64,000 bases of DNA from Piedraia hortae CBS 480.64 (lineage: Eukaryota), in NCBI GenBank assembly GCA_010093745.1, contig MU005965.1, positions 124,001 through 188,000 on the forward strand. Direction: 5' to 3'. The notes below the pieces were generated by a model, which saw nothing but the letters and a program-made list of their open reading frames with translations, searched no databases and had not been told where the DNA came from. Made by a program: the position numbers and the translations under genes. This document shows positions 34,073 through 44,946 of the stretch, piece after piece. Numbering within the stretch: position 1 is the first letter of the stretch; every line of letters begins with the position of its first letter.

Positions 34073-37000
34073 ATGTCTCTCGAGGAAAAGCTAGAAAAGA
34101 TTCGCTCATCACCAAAACTGCAAAATCAGCAACAAACAGCTGTAGTTCTTTCCGCTGTAGAAGACACTTTGCGACATCAGCAAAACAGCCCGACTCCAAC
34201 CGCGTATTTCGCTGCGCTGTTGAGCCTTTTGGGGCAATTTATCACCGAGGATGGTGTATCAAACAAGGAAATGGCCCATGCCGTGGTCTATCTTTTAGAT
34301 CTGGTGACGGGCCATGTGCCGCCGCCTTTGTTGCGATCCAAATTCGCCCAAGTATTGCCGCAACTTATACCGGCTTTGGAACATCCAGAGACAGAAGCGC
34401 CACTGTTGAGAGCTTGTATAGGCTGTGTGGAATCGCTCTTGGACGTGCAAGATGCCCAGGCTTGGTCTCTCATGGAGCGAGATACCAGTCCCAGATGGGC
34501 TATCCAAGAGCTGCAAAGACTGGCGTTGGATCGCCGACCCAAAGTCAGAAAGAGGGCACTGGAAGCGCTGGCGAAAGTTCTTGGAAATCTACCTCCAAGT
34601 CCGTCTTTGGACCATCCAGTGACAGATATGTGTGCTGAAATAGCGATGCAGAACCTTCGCAATGAAGTAGAGGAGGCTAGCCGCAAGAAATCAAAGCAGA
34701 AATTAGACGAGAATCAGAATAGCTCTGACCTAATGCGTGCTTTGCAATTGGTCAAGGTTATCGCTGCAACGAGGAATGGCTGGCCCAGCCGCAAGAGCGA
34801 TGTCCTGTGTCAGATCTTGCTTGGTATATCCAGAGGCAACAGCGAGTTTTTGACCATGATTGCGTTTCAAGTCTTTGAGGTCCTCTTTGCCGGCATGGCA
34901 GATGAAGTCTCCTCCGGAAAGCTCTTTCGACTGCTAGACTCCGTCAAGGATCTTCAGCCCTCTGAGACTGATACACAACTCGTACCGCCTTGGATTGCGG
35001 TGCTTAGCAGAGGCTACGACGTCGCTGCTCAAACTGAGCCAGAGGAGACATTTGCCAAGTTGCCCGATATGATCAATCTCATTGCTTCCTTCCTCAAGTC
35101 ACCCTCGCATAACATCCGCATCTCCGCATCAGAATGCTTGATTTCGCTTTTGAACACCTGTGTCCCCGACCAGGTTGTGCAGGAGCCGTCCATCATGGAT
35201 GAAAAGACTCTTGAAAAGGTTGCAAAGACTTTGCAAGGCCTGCTCAGCGTCAAGTACCAGACGGCATGGATGGAAGTGTTCAATGTTATGTCGACTGCTT
35301 TCGACGTACTGAAGTGGCAATCCCACCCGTTGCTGAATGGGGTGGTGCAGACAATTGGTGATCTAAGAAGCAACGATTCCTTCACCGGGAAGAAGGAAGC
35401 AGATGCTGTCCTAGGAGCAGCTATCCGTGCAATAGGACCAGATCATGTGCTTGACATCCTGCCACTCAATCTCGCCAGGACAGTACCAGGACAGCATGGT
35501 CGGGTGTGGCTCTTGCCTTTGCTGCGTGACTATGTAAGCAATACCAGACTTTCTCACTTCAGAAAAGAGCTGTATCCGTTGAGCGAGGTAATGTTCCAGC
35601 GTGTTCTGGGTCAGAAGGAGAAGACAATGGAGACCAAAATCTATGAAACGGTCGTCAACCAAATCTGGGCCTGTCTACCCGGCTACTGTGACCTGCCACT
35701 CGATCTAATCGAGGCTTTTGATCATACCTTTGCCGAGCAGCTGAGCAATCTGCTCTACCAGCTGCCTCAGCTGCGCGCAGATATCTGCAGAGGCCTGCAG
35801 AACCTTGTTGATTCGAACGTGGCGGTTGTGGATCAGGAAGAAGAATACGTCAATCTGGTCAGCAAAGCACAAGCGAGGGAGAATATCAATCACCTCGCAA
35901 AGTTTACAGGTAGTCTCCTTGCCGTGCTCTTCAACGTCTACAGCCAGACGCTACCTCAGGGTCGCGGGAAGCTGCTACAATGTATCAACTCGTACCTCAG
36001 CATCACACCCGAAACCGAGCTAATGGAATCCTTCCAAAATGTCGCCAATGCGCTCGAAAAGACTGTTGCAGGACCAGAGGAAAAGAAGCCAGGCTCATCG
36101 ATGCCTCCAACTTCACACGCACTGCTGGACCTGATAATCACAATGTCAGTCCACCTACCCCGACAAAGCTTCGGGATGCTCTTCAACATGGCCGCCAATT
36201 TTATCAACAGCCAAACGGACACGCAGCTTCAGAAAAAAGCCTATAAGCTGATCCCGCGGCTGTCTGAGTCTCCCATCGGTAGACAGGCCCTCAAAGAGCG
36301 AACCGACGAACTCCAGCAATTACTCCTAGCAGCCGGCGAGAAGGCCCTCCCGGCTACAAAAAAGGACAGACTAACCGCCATCTCGCGCATAATCCCTACT
36401 CTACCGTCCACAGACCTCCACTTCATCCCCTCCATCCTCTCAGAGGTGGTAATCTCCACAAAAGAAGTCAACGAAAAAGCCCGCACAACAGCCTTTGTGT
36501 TGCTAGTATCCATGGGCACGAGAATGGCCGAAGGCGGAACCATTGACAATACCAAAACCCCCAACATCAACGCCACCACACCAACAACAACCGCCAGTTT
36601 GCAAGAATACATTACAATGGTCTCCGGCGGACTGGCAGGAGACCCACACACCATCTCCGCGAGCGTAACCTGTCTCTCTCGCCTTTTATTCGAATTCCAA
36701 ACCCAACTGAGCCGCGATACAATCACAAAGCTTGTCCAGACAATGGACCTCTTCCTCACGTCCAAGAACCGCGAAATCGTTCGGTCCGTTCTCGGCTTCG
36801 TCAAAGTCTGTGTCTTATCTTTGCCGGTAGATCTCATGACCCCACGCCTGGAGACTCTAATCCCGAACCTCATAACCTGGAGTCACGAGCATAAAGCCCA
36901 TTTCAAAGCAAAAGTCAAACACATTTTCGAGAGAATGATCCGTCGGTTTGGTGTGGAGACTGTGGAGAAGTATACACCCGAAACGGATAAGAAATTAATC

Positions 37001-37696
37001 ACGAATATCCGTAAGACGAGGGAGAGGAAGAAGCGGAATAGGAACAAAGATGACGATGGAACGGAAGAGATCAGAAGACCTAGAGGGAAATTTGAGAGCG
37101 AGTATGACGAAGCAATGTATGCGTCGTCGGAGGAAGATGAGGAGGAGGAGTCAGAGGAGGATGAGCACCAGACAAAAGCAGGAGGGAGACAGTATATTAT
37201 TGCCGATGATGACGAGCCGCTTGATCTCCTCTCCCGGAAAGCCCTCGCGCATGTTTCCTCGACGAAGCCAACTGGGAAGGTTGCTCTGCGGGATAAAAAG
37301 AGGGACGCGAAGACTGATCTTGATGGGAAACTTGTGATTAATGAGGACCCTGACGAGGATGAGGTTATGGATTTTGATAATGAGGGGAATTTGTTGGATG
37401 GGAAGGCTGGTGGGGGGACGAATGCGTATCTTGATGCGTTGAATAGTAAGGATGCGCCGAGAAGAGGGCAGAAGGGGAGACTCAAGTTTGGGAATAAGCC
37501 CGCTAGGGATGAGCTGGATGAGGAGATGGCTGACGAGGTGGAGATGAAGCAGGTGGGGAAGAGCGTGATGAGGAGGGGGCTTGGGGTTGATAAGAGGAGG
37601 GGGGTTACTGGACAGCAGAGAGGTGGTGGGATTAGAAAGAGGGGGCAGAGTTTTAGACATGGACTACAGAGTAAGAGGGGGAGGGGGAGAAGGTAG
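34073..37696 (+). CDS. RRP12: ribosomal RNA-processing protein 12 (HEAT/NUC173)
   Basis: DRRPKVRK, VLDILPLNL, RVWLLPLLRD, QIWACLPGYC, QKKAYKLI, EIVRSVLGFVKV, KLITNIRK. Confidence 0.96.
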   Translation: MSLEEKLEKIRSSPKLQNQQQTAVVLSAVEDTLRHQQNSPTPTAYFAALLSLLGQFITEDGVSNKEMAHAVVYLLDLVTGHVPPPLLRSKFAQVLPQLIPALEHPETEAPLLRACIGCVESLLDVQDAQAWSLMERDTSPRWAIQELQRLALDRRPKVRKRALEALAKVLGNLPPSPSLDHPVTDMCAEIAMQNLRNEVEEASRKKSKQKLDENQNSSDLMRALQLVKVIAATRNGWPSRKSDVLCQILLGISRGNSEFLTMIAFQVFEVLFAGMADEVSSGKLFRLLDSVKDLQPSETDTQLVPPWIAVLSRGYDVAAQTEPEETFAKLPDMINLIASFLKSPSHNIRISASECLISLLNTCVPDQVVQEPSIMDEKTLEKVAKTLQGLLSVKYQTAWMEVFNVMSTAFDVLKWQSHPLLNGVVQTIGDLRSNDSFTGKKEADAVLGAAIRAIGPDHVLDILPLNLARTVPGQHGRVWLLPLLRDYVSNTRLSHFRKELYPLSEVMFQRVLGQKEKTMETKIYETVVNQIWACLPGYCDLPLDLIEAFDHTFAEQLSNLLYQLPQLRADICRGLQNLVDSNVAVVDQEEEYVNLVSKAQARENINHLAKFTGSLLAVLFNVYSQTLPQGRGKLLQCINSYLSITPETELMESFQNVANALEKTVAGPEEKKPGSSMPPTSHALLDLIITMSVHLPRQSFGMLFNMAANFINSQTDTQLQKKAYKLIPRLSESPIGRQALKERTDELQQLLLAAGEKALPATKKDRLTAISRIIPTLPSTDLHFIPSILSEVVISTKEVNEKARTTAFVLLVSMGTRMAEGGTIDNTKTPNINATTPTTTASLQEYITMVSGGLAGDPHTISASVTCLSRLLFEFQTQLSRDTITKLVQTMDLFLTSKNREIVRSVLGFVKVCVLSLPVDLMTPRLETLIPNLITWSHEHKAHFKAKVKHIFERMIRRFGVETVEKYTPETDKKLITNIRKTRERKKRNRNKDDDGTEEIRRPRGKFESEYDEAMYASSEEDEEEESEEDEHQTKAGGRQYIIADDDEPLDLLSRKALAHVSSTKPTGKVALRDKKRDAKTDLDGKLVINEDPDEDEVMDFDNEGNLLDGKAGGGTNAYLDALNSKDAPRRGQKGRLKFGNKPARDELDEEMADEVEMKQVGKSVMRRGLGVDKRRGVTGQQRGGGIRKRGQSFRHGLQSKRGRGRR

Positions 37697-38308
37697 GCTA
37701 TAGAGAAGTTCAGAGGACTGCCTGACTATCATGAGGACTTATCGGAAGAAGGAAGAGATCTACGCATATCGCTTCGATATCGGTGAAATGTGACACAATC
37801 AACAGTGTGTGTGATACCTCACTATGGAATCGGTCTGAAGTCAAGAGAAGGCTTGCACAGCAAGACTGCTCTAGACTCTCTCCCCGGCCCGAACCGCATT
37901 CGCCGCGACAACGTCGTCCTTTGACGTAACCACATTCCAGGGGAAACGTTCTCCATGAAATAAAACCCGTGGAGATTCTGGTGCCCCATCAACCTAAGGC
38001 AGATGTCTGACTGGGCTACATAGATGAGATAGCTGTGACAGATGTGACAGATGCAAGGATTTGACAGTTGCTTCCTCGGGCCTAGCGCAGCCGCCCACAT
38101 CTTATGACGTCATCGCATCTTCAACCCACAACGACCAGTCAGACAGTAAACCTGTAGAGCCTGTGATAGAAGGCATCTCAACGTGGCGCGGTGGAGGAGC
38201 TGGTTTAGCCCGCGAACGGTAGCACGGCGGACGGGCACCCTAGTCCGACAATATCTCCAGCATCAACAACTACTACGACGGAACGAGAATGCTTTCGGGC
38301 TCTCTAAA

Positions 38309-40429
38309 ATGTACAACTATCCGTCAGACCAAGACTCTGGCCGACGGCGGCGGAAAATTGCGAATTTCCTCAAGGCCGCGAACGAAATGCGCCAGAGCTA
38401 TTTCAGCGTAGAGGGCGGAGAGGCGAACGGCTTCGGTTCGTTTGGCGAAGGCGCCGTCGTGAGGTCTGGAAATGAAGAAATGATGCTCTTCCCCAGCTAC
38501 GCTAGGACGAGTAAGAGAGACTCCGCTGTCGTTAAGGCCGATGTGCGCGGATGGATCTATACGCCCCATTCAGGCCCTCACACGAGGCGGCAGAGGTTGC
38601 TGATAGGCATTGCGAGACAGTTGACGGGGCTGCCTGCTCCGCCTACTCCGCCTGCTGCAACGGGGAAAGTGGGTGGTGAACCGCCGAGCAGGTCGACCAG
38701 TCCTTCGAGGCAGGAAGAGGATCTGATTAGTTTTGAGGCGGAGCAACTGGTCAAACGGGGTGAGGCTGAGGCGAGGAATGCGCAGAGGGGACGGTATACG
38801 GAAGCTCCGAAGAAGAACACTGAAGATGATGGGGTTTATGAGGCGAAGATTCGAGATCCTTCGCCTATAAGGAGCAGTGCCCGCAGTGTTGCGTCTTCTA
38901 TCCACAGCGGGTACTCTCCACCAATCTCTCCAAAGCTGGAGTCTTTTCAATCGCGCTCAACATGGCCGCTGCCGTCTAAACTGGGTCCCAGTGAGCTCGT
39001 CACGGCTAATGAACATCTGCTAAACAGACTGAAGCCGTTTATGCACACTGGCCTCGCCAATGCCTCTGTCAACGCCATGTTCTACAACGATGAAGATTCG
39101 CAGCAGTTTACAGCATATACAGACGCACAAGGGCACTTTAGTTTCCATGTTCCGTTGGAATTCGTTCCAACACACGTCAAGGTGCTCGCAAGTGACAAGT
39201 TGTCCTGCTCAGAGGAAGTGCGAATCATCAATCGCCGCGGCGTTAGCCTCATTAGCGATATAGACGATACGATCAAGCACTCAGGTATCAACCAGGGCCC
39301 GAGAGAAATCTTCCGCAACGCGTTCATCAGAGACCACGGCGAGATGACGATTGATGGTGTACGAGAATGGTACACGACGCTGCATGATATGGGCGTCAAG
39401 ATGCACTATGTCTCCAACTCTCCGTGGCAAATGTATCCCGCTTTGGCAACATATTTTCAGCTCGCGAACCTCCCGGAAGGGTCTTTTCATCTGAAACTGT
39501 ACAGCGGGGCGTTGGCAGGTATATTCGAGCCGGTTGCGGAGCGGAAGAAGACCTCTCTCAACAAAATTATGCGTGATTTTCCCGAGAGAAAGTTCATACT
39601 CGTCGGTGATAGTGGCGAGGCGGATCTGGAAGTCTACACTGACGTTGCGTTAGACAACCCGGGAAAGGTACTGGGTATATTCATTCGAGACGTCACGCGG
39701 CCGGTGAAAACAGGCTACTTCGACATGTCTGCTTCGCCTTCCCCATCACGGAACAATTCCCGTACGAGACAAAAAGAGGAGCTCAAAGAAGAAGAAGTAG
39801 ACCTCATCGACTTTGCCGAGGAGAAGAAGAACCCTCCCATACCACCCAATAAACCCCGAGCGTTACGCAGTCCCTCACCAGAACTCAAAAGAAAACCACT
39901 ACCACCTCCTCCCCGACCAAGGAAACCATCTACATCTGTAAAGGTCACCGCGCCCTCACCGCTATGTCAAGTAACACAGACGTCCCCGACCGAAGGGAGG
40001 GTCACTAAGCCAGCCTTACCCCCTCGTCCAGGCACGGCAATGAGCAGCCTACTCCCAAGCGCAACCGCGGTTGGAGGTGTCTTCGGCGGAGGTGGAGCCA
40101 TCCGCGACGCAGCCAGCGCTACAGCATCATGGGCAACGAGTAAAGTCTCCAAAGCACCACCCCCACCTCCCCCGCCGAGGAATAAAATTAGCACCATCAG
40201 GAGGGGGTCAAGTTCTTCTACACTCGATGAACTAGGCAGTGTGCCACCCAGTCCAACAGCGGAGGTGAGTAAGAAAGAGTACCTCTGGACCCAGAGACTA
40301 GCGAGGGCGAGAGCTCTGCTAGAGCATAAAGGGGTGGTGTTGAAGACATGGAGGGTCGGAAGCGATGTCGCTCATATCTGTGTGACTCTCGTGGAGGCGG
40401 AGTTGAGGGCTGAGGAGGGTGTTAGGTAG
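38309..40429 (+). CDS. APP1: phosphatidate phosphatase APP1 family (actin patch protein)
   Basis: GVSLISDIDDTIK (DxDxT), HYVSNSPWQ, FPERKFILVGDSGEADLEVY, IFIRDV, Pro-rich tail; first ATG at 38309. Confidence 0.92.
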   Translation: MYNYPSDQDSGRRRRKIANFLKAANEMRQSYFSVEGGEANGFGSFGEGAVVRSGNEEMMLFPSYARTSKRDSAVVKADVRGWIYTPHSGPHTRRQRLLIGIARQLTGLPAPPTPPAATGKVGGEPPSRSTSPSRQEEDLISFEAEQLVKRGEAEARNAQRGRYTEAPKKNTEDDGVYEAKIRDPSPIRSSARSVASSIHSGYSPPISPKLESFQSRSTWPLPSKLGPSELVTANEHLLNRLKPFMHTGLANASVNAMFYNDEDSQQFTAYTDAQGHFSFHVPLEFVPTHVKVLASDKLSCSEEVRIINRRGVSLISDIDDTIKHSGINQGPREIFRNAFIRDHGEMTIDGVREWYTTLHDMGVKMHYVSNSPWQMYPALATYFQLANLPEGSFHLKLYSGALAGIFEPVAERKKTSLNKIMRDFPERKFILVGDSGEADLEVYTDVALDNPGKVLGIFIRDVTRPVKTGYFDMSASPSPSRNNSRTRQKEELKEEEVDLIDFAEEKKNPPIPPNKPRALRSPSPELKRKPLPPPPRPRKPSTSVKVTAPSPLCQVTQTSPTEGRVTKPALPPRPGTAMSSLLPSATAVGGVFGGGGAIRDAASATASWATSKVSKAPPPPPPPRNKISTIRRGSSSSTLDELGSVPPSPTAEVSKKEYLWTQRLARARALLEHKGVVLKTWRVGSDVAHICVTLVEAELRAEEGVR

Positions 40430-42206
40430 CTGAAGAGAACGTTTGAAGCTATCAGTCCTGTAAAAGAAGGTTCATCTGTGTATATTCCATATAGGACGAC
40501 TGCCGTCCTCCTGATTCATCTACATAGTAATAAGTCACTCTCGCAGCCTTCTTGGCCATGTCCACTGGAGAATGTGACTTCCCGATCAGGTGAGCGGCGC
40601 GCACGCTTACCTGTATTTAAACTAGCGCTTGTCCCTGCAGCCCCCGCTCCCCGACTTCACTCATTACGACAAACTGACCATTCGACAAATTAACTAACTA
40701 ATCGCCCGCTTTTAGACCTACACCGGTACGCAGACTATCTGCCTGCCAGCAATCATCGCCTCAGCGGTTCAACAAGCTCGCCCCGACCTGCCCTTCTGTA
40801 CGCCGCGTCGCCCAAATTATCCACAAAACATGAGCGCCAACGAACATCAAGATCTACAGCATGCACAATCCCACACCTAGACATCTTATCCTGCACTTCG
40901 CCTGTCCTCTCGGTATGCCCATAGTCTAATGGCCTTTTCACTCTGATCGGTCACAAGTGGGGCCAGATTTCCCAACCGGGAATCGGAAGCCCTCGAACAC
41001 GCGACCTTCACGACTTGCTCATCAGCAGTTACAGCAAAAATAAGGATAATGTGAGAGAGCTGAAGCGCAAAAAAACTATGTTCCAAATATTAATGTACCA
41101 CACAACCTGGTCTCTACGAGTGTCAATTTAAACAAATGCAATGCAAACAAGTGCCATCAAGCCACCAGGGCTTTCTGGTATACTGGGACTGGGGAATAAT
41201 TGATTATAATCATACCAGCCCCAACACTTACGCTCGAGAAAGCAACAAACACGAGTGAAACAAGATGTTGGAGTGAACGCCTAATATCTTCGCGATCATG
41301 CGATGTGATTCTCCACGTCCTTGGCCGCTGCGGGCGAAAGTGCAAAAATTAAATGTTTAAATGAGCGACAAAGTCGAACCGCGACTACAAAAGCAGACGC
41401 GCAGGAATTAACGAGAGCCACCGAGCCAGCTGGGCTTTTGGCTTACCAGGATAGGGTAACGAAAAAATTTATCCACCACATACGCGACAGGTACGCTCAG
41501 TGAGATTCTGACGAAATACAGGAAACGCAAATGGTGCTGTGAACGTACCTTGCGCGATGGGCTCCAAGGTACGAAATACACCGCGCAATAGATGTTTTGC
41601 TCTGGTAACGAGTGGAAGTATACGCATGCTCCTAATTGCTACCATTAGCAAGATATACACTCCCCACATGATTAGTCATCACTAGATACAACCTACCTCG
41701 CGCCACACGTATCCTACAAACATGAGATAAACTGCATTCGATAGCGCTTCTAACGCGCTATCGAATGCTGTCAATATGTAACTATGTTTCGTCAATATGA
41801 TGACAACTCGGCTCATGTTCTTCAGTTGGGAATAAGCATGTGGGGAGTTTTGTGGGACACTGTCCTGTGATCCGCGTGATGCCTGTTCAGTACTAGCTTT
41901 AATTAGCATTGTTACAGACAAGAGACGAGAAGATGTTACGATAAAGGCTTTCAGACCGCTTTATCCTTTCGTCTCAAGCCCATTGAAAGCTTGGGTGATA
42001 TTGACGAGTAGTCATATTCATTCTCAGAGAAGTACATAAGAGTATTCTACAAGCAGTACTCTCAAGCAAGTCCGAATTCAACCTCATCTAGTCCACCTAC
42101 CCCAACCCGGAAGGTGATCTCACATGTCATACGCTAACCCAAAAAATCCTTAGCGCAAGCGAAGCGACCATCGCCCGTCCGTCACAAACCGCTATTTGCG
42201 GTAGGC

Positions 42207-43130
42207 ATGTCCAGCAGCCGTGGCGGCAGTGGGATCCACTATCCGTTCTGGTTCGGCGGCAGCGCGAGCAGTTTCGCCGCATGCGTGACCCATCCTCTCG
42301 ACCTGCTCAAGGTCCGACTCCAGACCCAACCGCAAGCGACCCGGCAGACGCTGCCTCAGCTTGTGGCACATATTTTGCGAAATGAGGGGATACAGGGGCT
42401 TTATCGCGGGGTGAGTCTCTACGACAGGGTATTGTGATGTTTATGTGCTGATTGATTCCAGCTCTCCGCTTCATTGCTCAGACAGATAACCTACTCGACC
42501 ACGCGATTCGGAGTTTACGAATCCCTCAAAGGGAAACTATACTCGGGAGGGGAAGCGCCCGGCTTCGCGGCATTGGTAGGCCTCGCGTCCGTTTCGGGGG
42601 TGCTGGGTGGAATCGCGGGCAACCCAGCGGATATCATCAACGTGCGGATGCAGAACGATGCCTCGCTGCCGCAGGCTCAGCGAAGGAATTACAAAAACGC
42701 GGTTCATGGACTGGTGTGTATGCTAAGGACGGAGGGGACAGGGAGTCTGTTCCGCGGCATGGGACCCAACTCTGCCCGCGCGGCGTTGATGACTGCTTCG
42801 CAGTTGGCGACGTATGATGTTTTCAAGAAGGGATTGAGGGAGGGGTTTGGATGGAAAGATGGTCTGGCGACACATTTTACTGCGTCCTCTCTCGCGGGAC
42901 TTGTGGCCACAACGGTTTGTTCCCCGTTTGATGTGGTCAAGACGAGGGTTATGAGTGGACATCAGCGCGAGGGGATTATGAAGGTTGTGAAGGAAATTGT
43001 GCATAAGGAGGGTTATGGCTGGGTGTTTAGAGGATGGCTGCCAAGTTTTGTGCGTCTGGGTCCGCATACGGTCGCGACGTTTTTGTTTTTAGAACAGCAT
43101 AAGAGGGTGTATAGATTTTTGGTGGGGTGA
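42207..43130 (+). CDS. DIC1: mitochondrial dicarboxylate carrier; intron 42411-42461
   Basis: YPFWFGG, three carrier signatures (HPLDLLKVRLQ, NPADIINVRMQ, SPFDVVKTRVM), LLRQITYSTTRFG, RLGPHT. Confidence 0.95.
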
Positions 43131-43168
43131 CGTTGATCGCATGACTTCCAACCTCCACCGTAATTATA

Positions 43169-44551
43169 ATGATACTCTTGAGAGTGCGGCCACATACTCT
43201 CGCTCGTTCTTACTCAACAAGTCCATCCCCGACGAGAACCATCCTTGTCAATGGCAAATCCTACCCGACAGATTCATGGACGAATACCCCCCCTTCCATC
43301 CTGAGCTATATTAACACGAACCTGCACACGCAGCCCAACCACCCTCTCTCAATAACCCGCTCGCTGTTAGAACAGCACCTCGGTCCTTCATTTACACACT
43401 ACAATTCCCTCCCTCCCGTTGTCTCCGTGGCCCAAAACTTCGACAGTCTGGGCTTCTCACCCACGCACGCCGGCCGCAGCAGGAGCGATACCTACTACCT
43501 CAACCAACATACCCTACTACGAACCCATACCTCTGCCCACGAAGTCGACCTCTTTGCCCACAACAAAACGGACGGCTACACCGTCGCGGCAGACGTATAC
43601 AGGCGCGACGCGGTCGATCGGAGCCATTTCCCCGTCTTCCACCAATTCGAGGGGGCGAGGACATGGTCACTAAACAACTTCCCTGGCGGTCGGGAAGCAA
43701 GAATCGAAGCCATAATCAAAGACTCGAACAAAATTACTCGTCACGCAGGGGTTGAGAATTCGACCCCCACTCCAGAGGATGAAGTCCAGAAGGATTTTCA
43801 TTTACCCGCCGAAGCAGCCGCGATTGAGACGCATTTGAAACGGTCGCTGGAGAATATGATTCTATCGACTTTCGCTGCAACGGGGTTGAAACCCCGCGTC
43901 CGTTGGGTAAGGACGACGTTTCCGCATACCTCCCCCTCATTTGAGATGGAGGTTATGTGGAAGGGCGATTGGTTAGAGGTTCTGGGGTGTGGTGTTGTTG
44001 ATCAGAATTTACTGCTGAGAGCGGGGAGGCGGGATCGGATTGGCTGGGCATTTGGGATTGGACTTGAGAGGATTGCGATGCTCCTTTTTGAGGTCCCGGA
44101 TATAAGGCTCTTTTGGTCGAGGGATCAGAGGTTTTTGGAGCAGTTTAAGGAGGGAGAGGTGCGCACGTTTAGGCCTTTTAGTAAGTATCCCCCCGCCAAG
44201 AGGGATTTGGCGTTCTGGTTGCCCGCCAAGGAGGGCAAGGTGGGGAGAGATGAGGGAGATATTAATCCTGCGGGGGGGAAGGAGAGTGAGACTACAGCCA
44301 TTGACGGCCCTGACGGGGCGGTTTTTCATGAGAATGATCTTATGGAAATTGCGCGACAGGTGGCGGGGAATGATGTTGAGGATGTAAAATGTGTGGATGA
44401 TTTTACGCATCCAAAGACGAAGAGGAGGAGTTTGTGTTATAGGTTTACCTACAGGAGCCTGGAGCGGACGCTTACGAGTGAGGAGGCGAATGATATGCAT
44501 AGTCGCATTGGGGAGGTGTTGAGGGAGAGGTTTGGGGTTGAGTTGAGGTAG
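43169..44551 (+). CDS. MSF1: mitochondrial phenylalanyl-tRNA synthetase
   Basis: LLRTHTSAH, VYRRDAVDRSHFPVFHQFEG, FPHTSPSFEMEV, GWAFGIGLERIAM, C-terminal FDX-ACB domain. Confidence 0.96.
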   Translation: MILLRVRPHTLARSYSTSPSPTRTILVNGKSYPTDSWTNTPPSILSYINTNLHTQPNHPLSITRSLLEQHLGPSFTHYNSLPPVVSVAQNFDSLGFSPTHAGRSRSDTYYLNQHTLLRTHTSAHEVDLFAHNKTDGYTVAADVYRRDAVDRSHFPVFHQFEGARTWSLNNFPGGREARIEAIIKDSNKITRHAGVENSTPTPEDEVQKDFHLPAEAAAIETHLKRSLENMILSTFAATGLKPRVRWVRTTFPHTSPSFEMEVMWKGDWLEVLGCGVVDQNLLLRAGRRDRIGWAFGIGLERIAMLLFEVPDIRLFWSRDQRFLEQFKEGEVRTFRPFSKYPPAKRDLAFWLPAKEGKVGRDEGDINPAGGKESETTAIDGPDGAVFHENDLMEIARQVAGNDVEDVKCVDDFTHPKTKRRSLCYRFTYRSLERTLTSEEANDMHSRIGEVLRERFGVELR

Positions 44552-44609
44552 TGTGCGGTACTGTAAGTGTAGAGGTGGGTTGTAATTGTAGCTTTGTGGT
44601 GTATTGTAG

Positions 44610-44834
44610 TTATTGGGGTGATTCTTCGCTTTCGTTCTCGCTTGGAATTTCGTTTTCGGCTGTTTGGTGCGATGACATTTGCTCCGTCAAGTAAGCGTTG
44701 ACCTCGGCGCCGTGGGCAATGACTGCCTCGCGGAATTTCTCTAGTTCCCCGCTGACGCTGGATTGCGGAGGGATTTCATGGGAAAAGGTCTTGGTTGTCT
44801 CGCCGTGAGTGTAGACTGAAGTTACTTTCGACAT
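44610..44834 (-). CDS. GON7: EKC/KEOPS subunit Gon7-like small acidic protein
   Basis: 74 aa; T.VYT....KTF start, helix ending EVNAYLTEQM and an acidic tail, as in fungal Gon7. Confidence 0.7.
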   Translation of the reverse strand: MSKVTSVYTHGETTKTFSHEIPPQSSVSGELEKFREAVIAHGAEVNAYLTEQMSSHQTAENEIPSENESEESPQ

Positions 44835-44946
44835 TGTTGCAATGTTGGGTGGTGTGTTCAACATATAAGTTGACAGGCAACTACGTCACGGGTTTTACGG
44901 GATAGTGAGATGAATTGTCGCTTTGCCAGCACGTTGATGTAGCTAT

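Noticed and set aside
38183..38308. N-terminal extensions in the ORF track (APP1; also TMEM115 from 8100, RFC1 from 48388, SPO22 from 27453)
   Set aside because: They rely on non-ATG starts or ignore introns; downstream ATGs fit the families.
40604..40613. CTTACCTG resembling the U1 snRNA 5' end
   Set aside because: Lacks the ATAC start and the downstream U1 stem-loops/Sm site.
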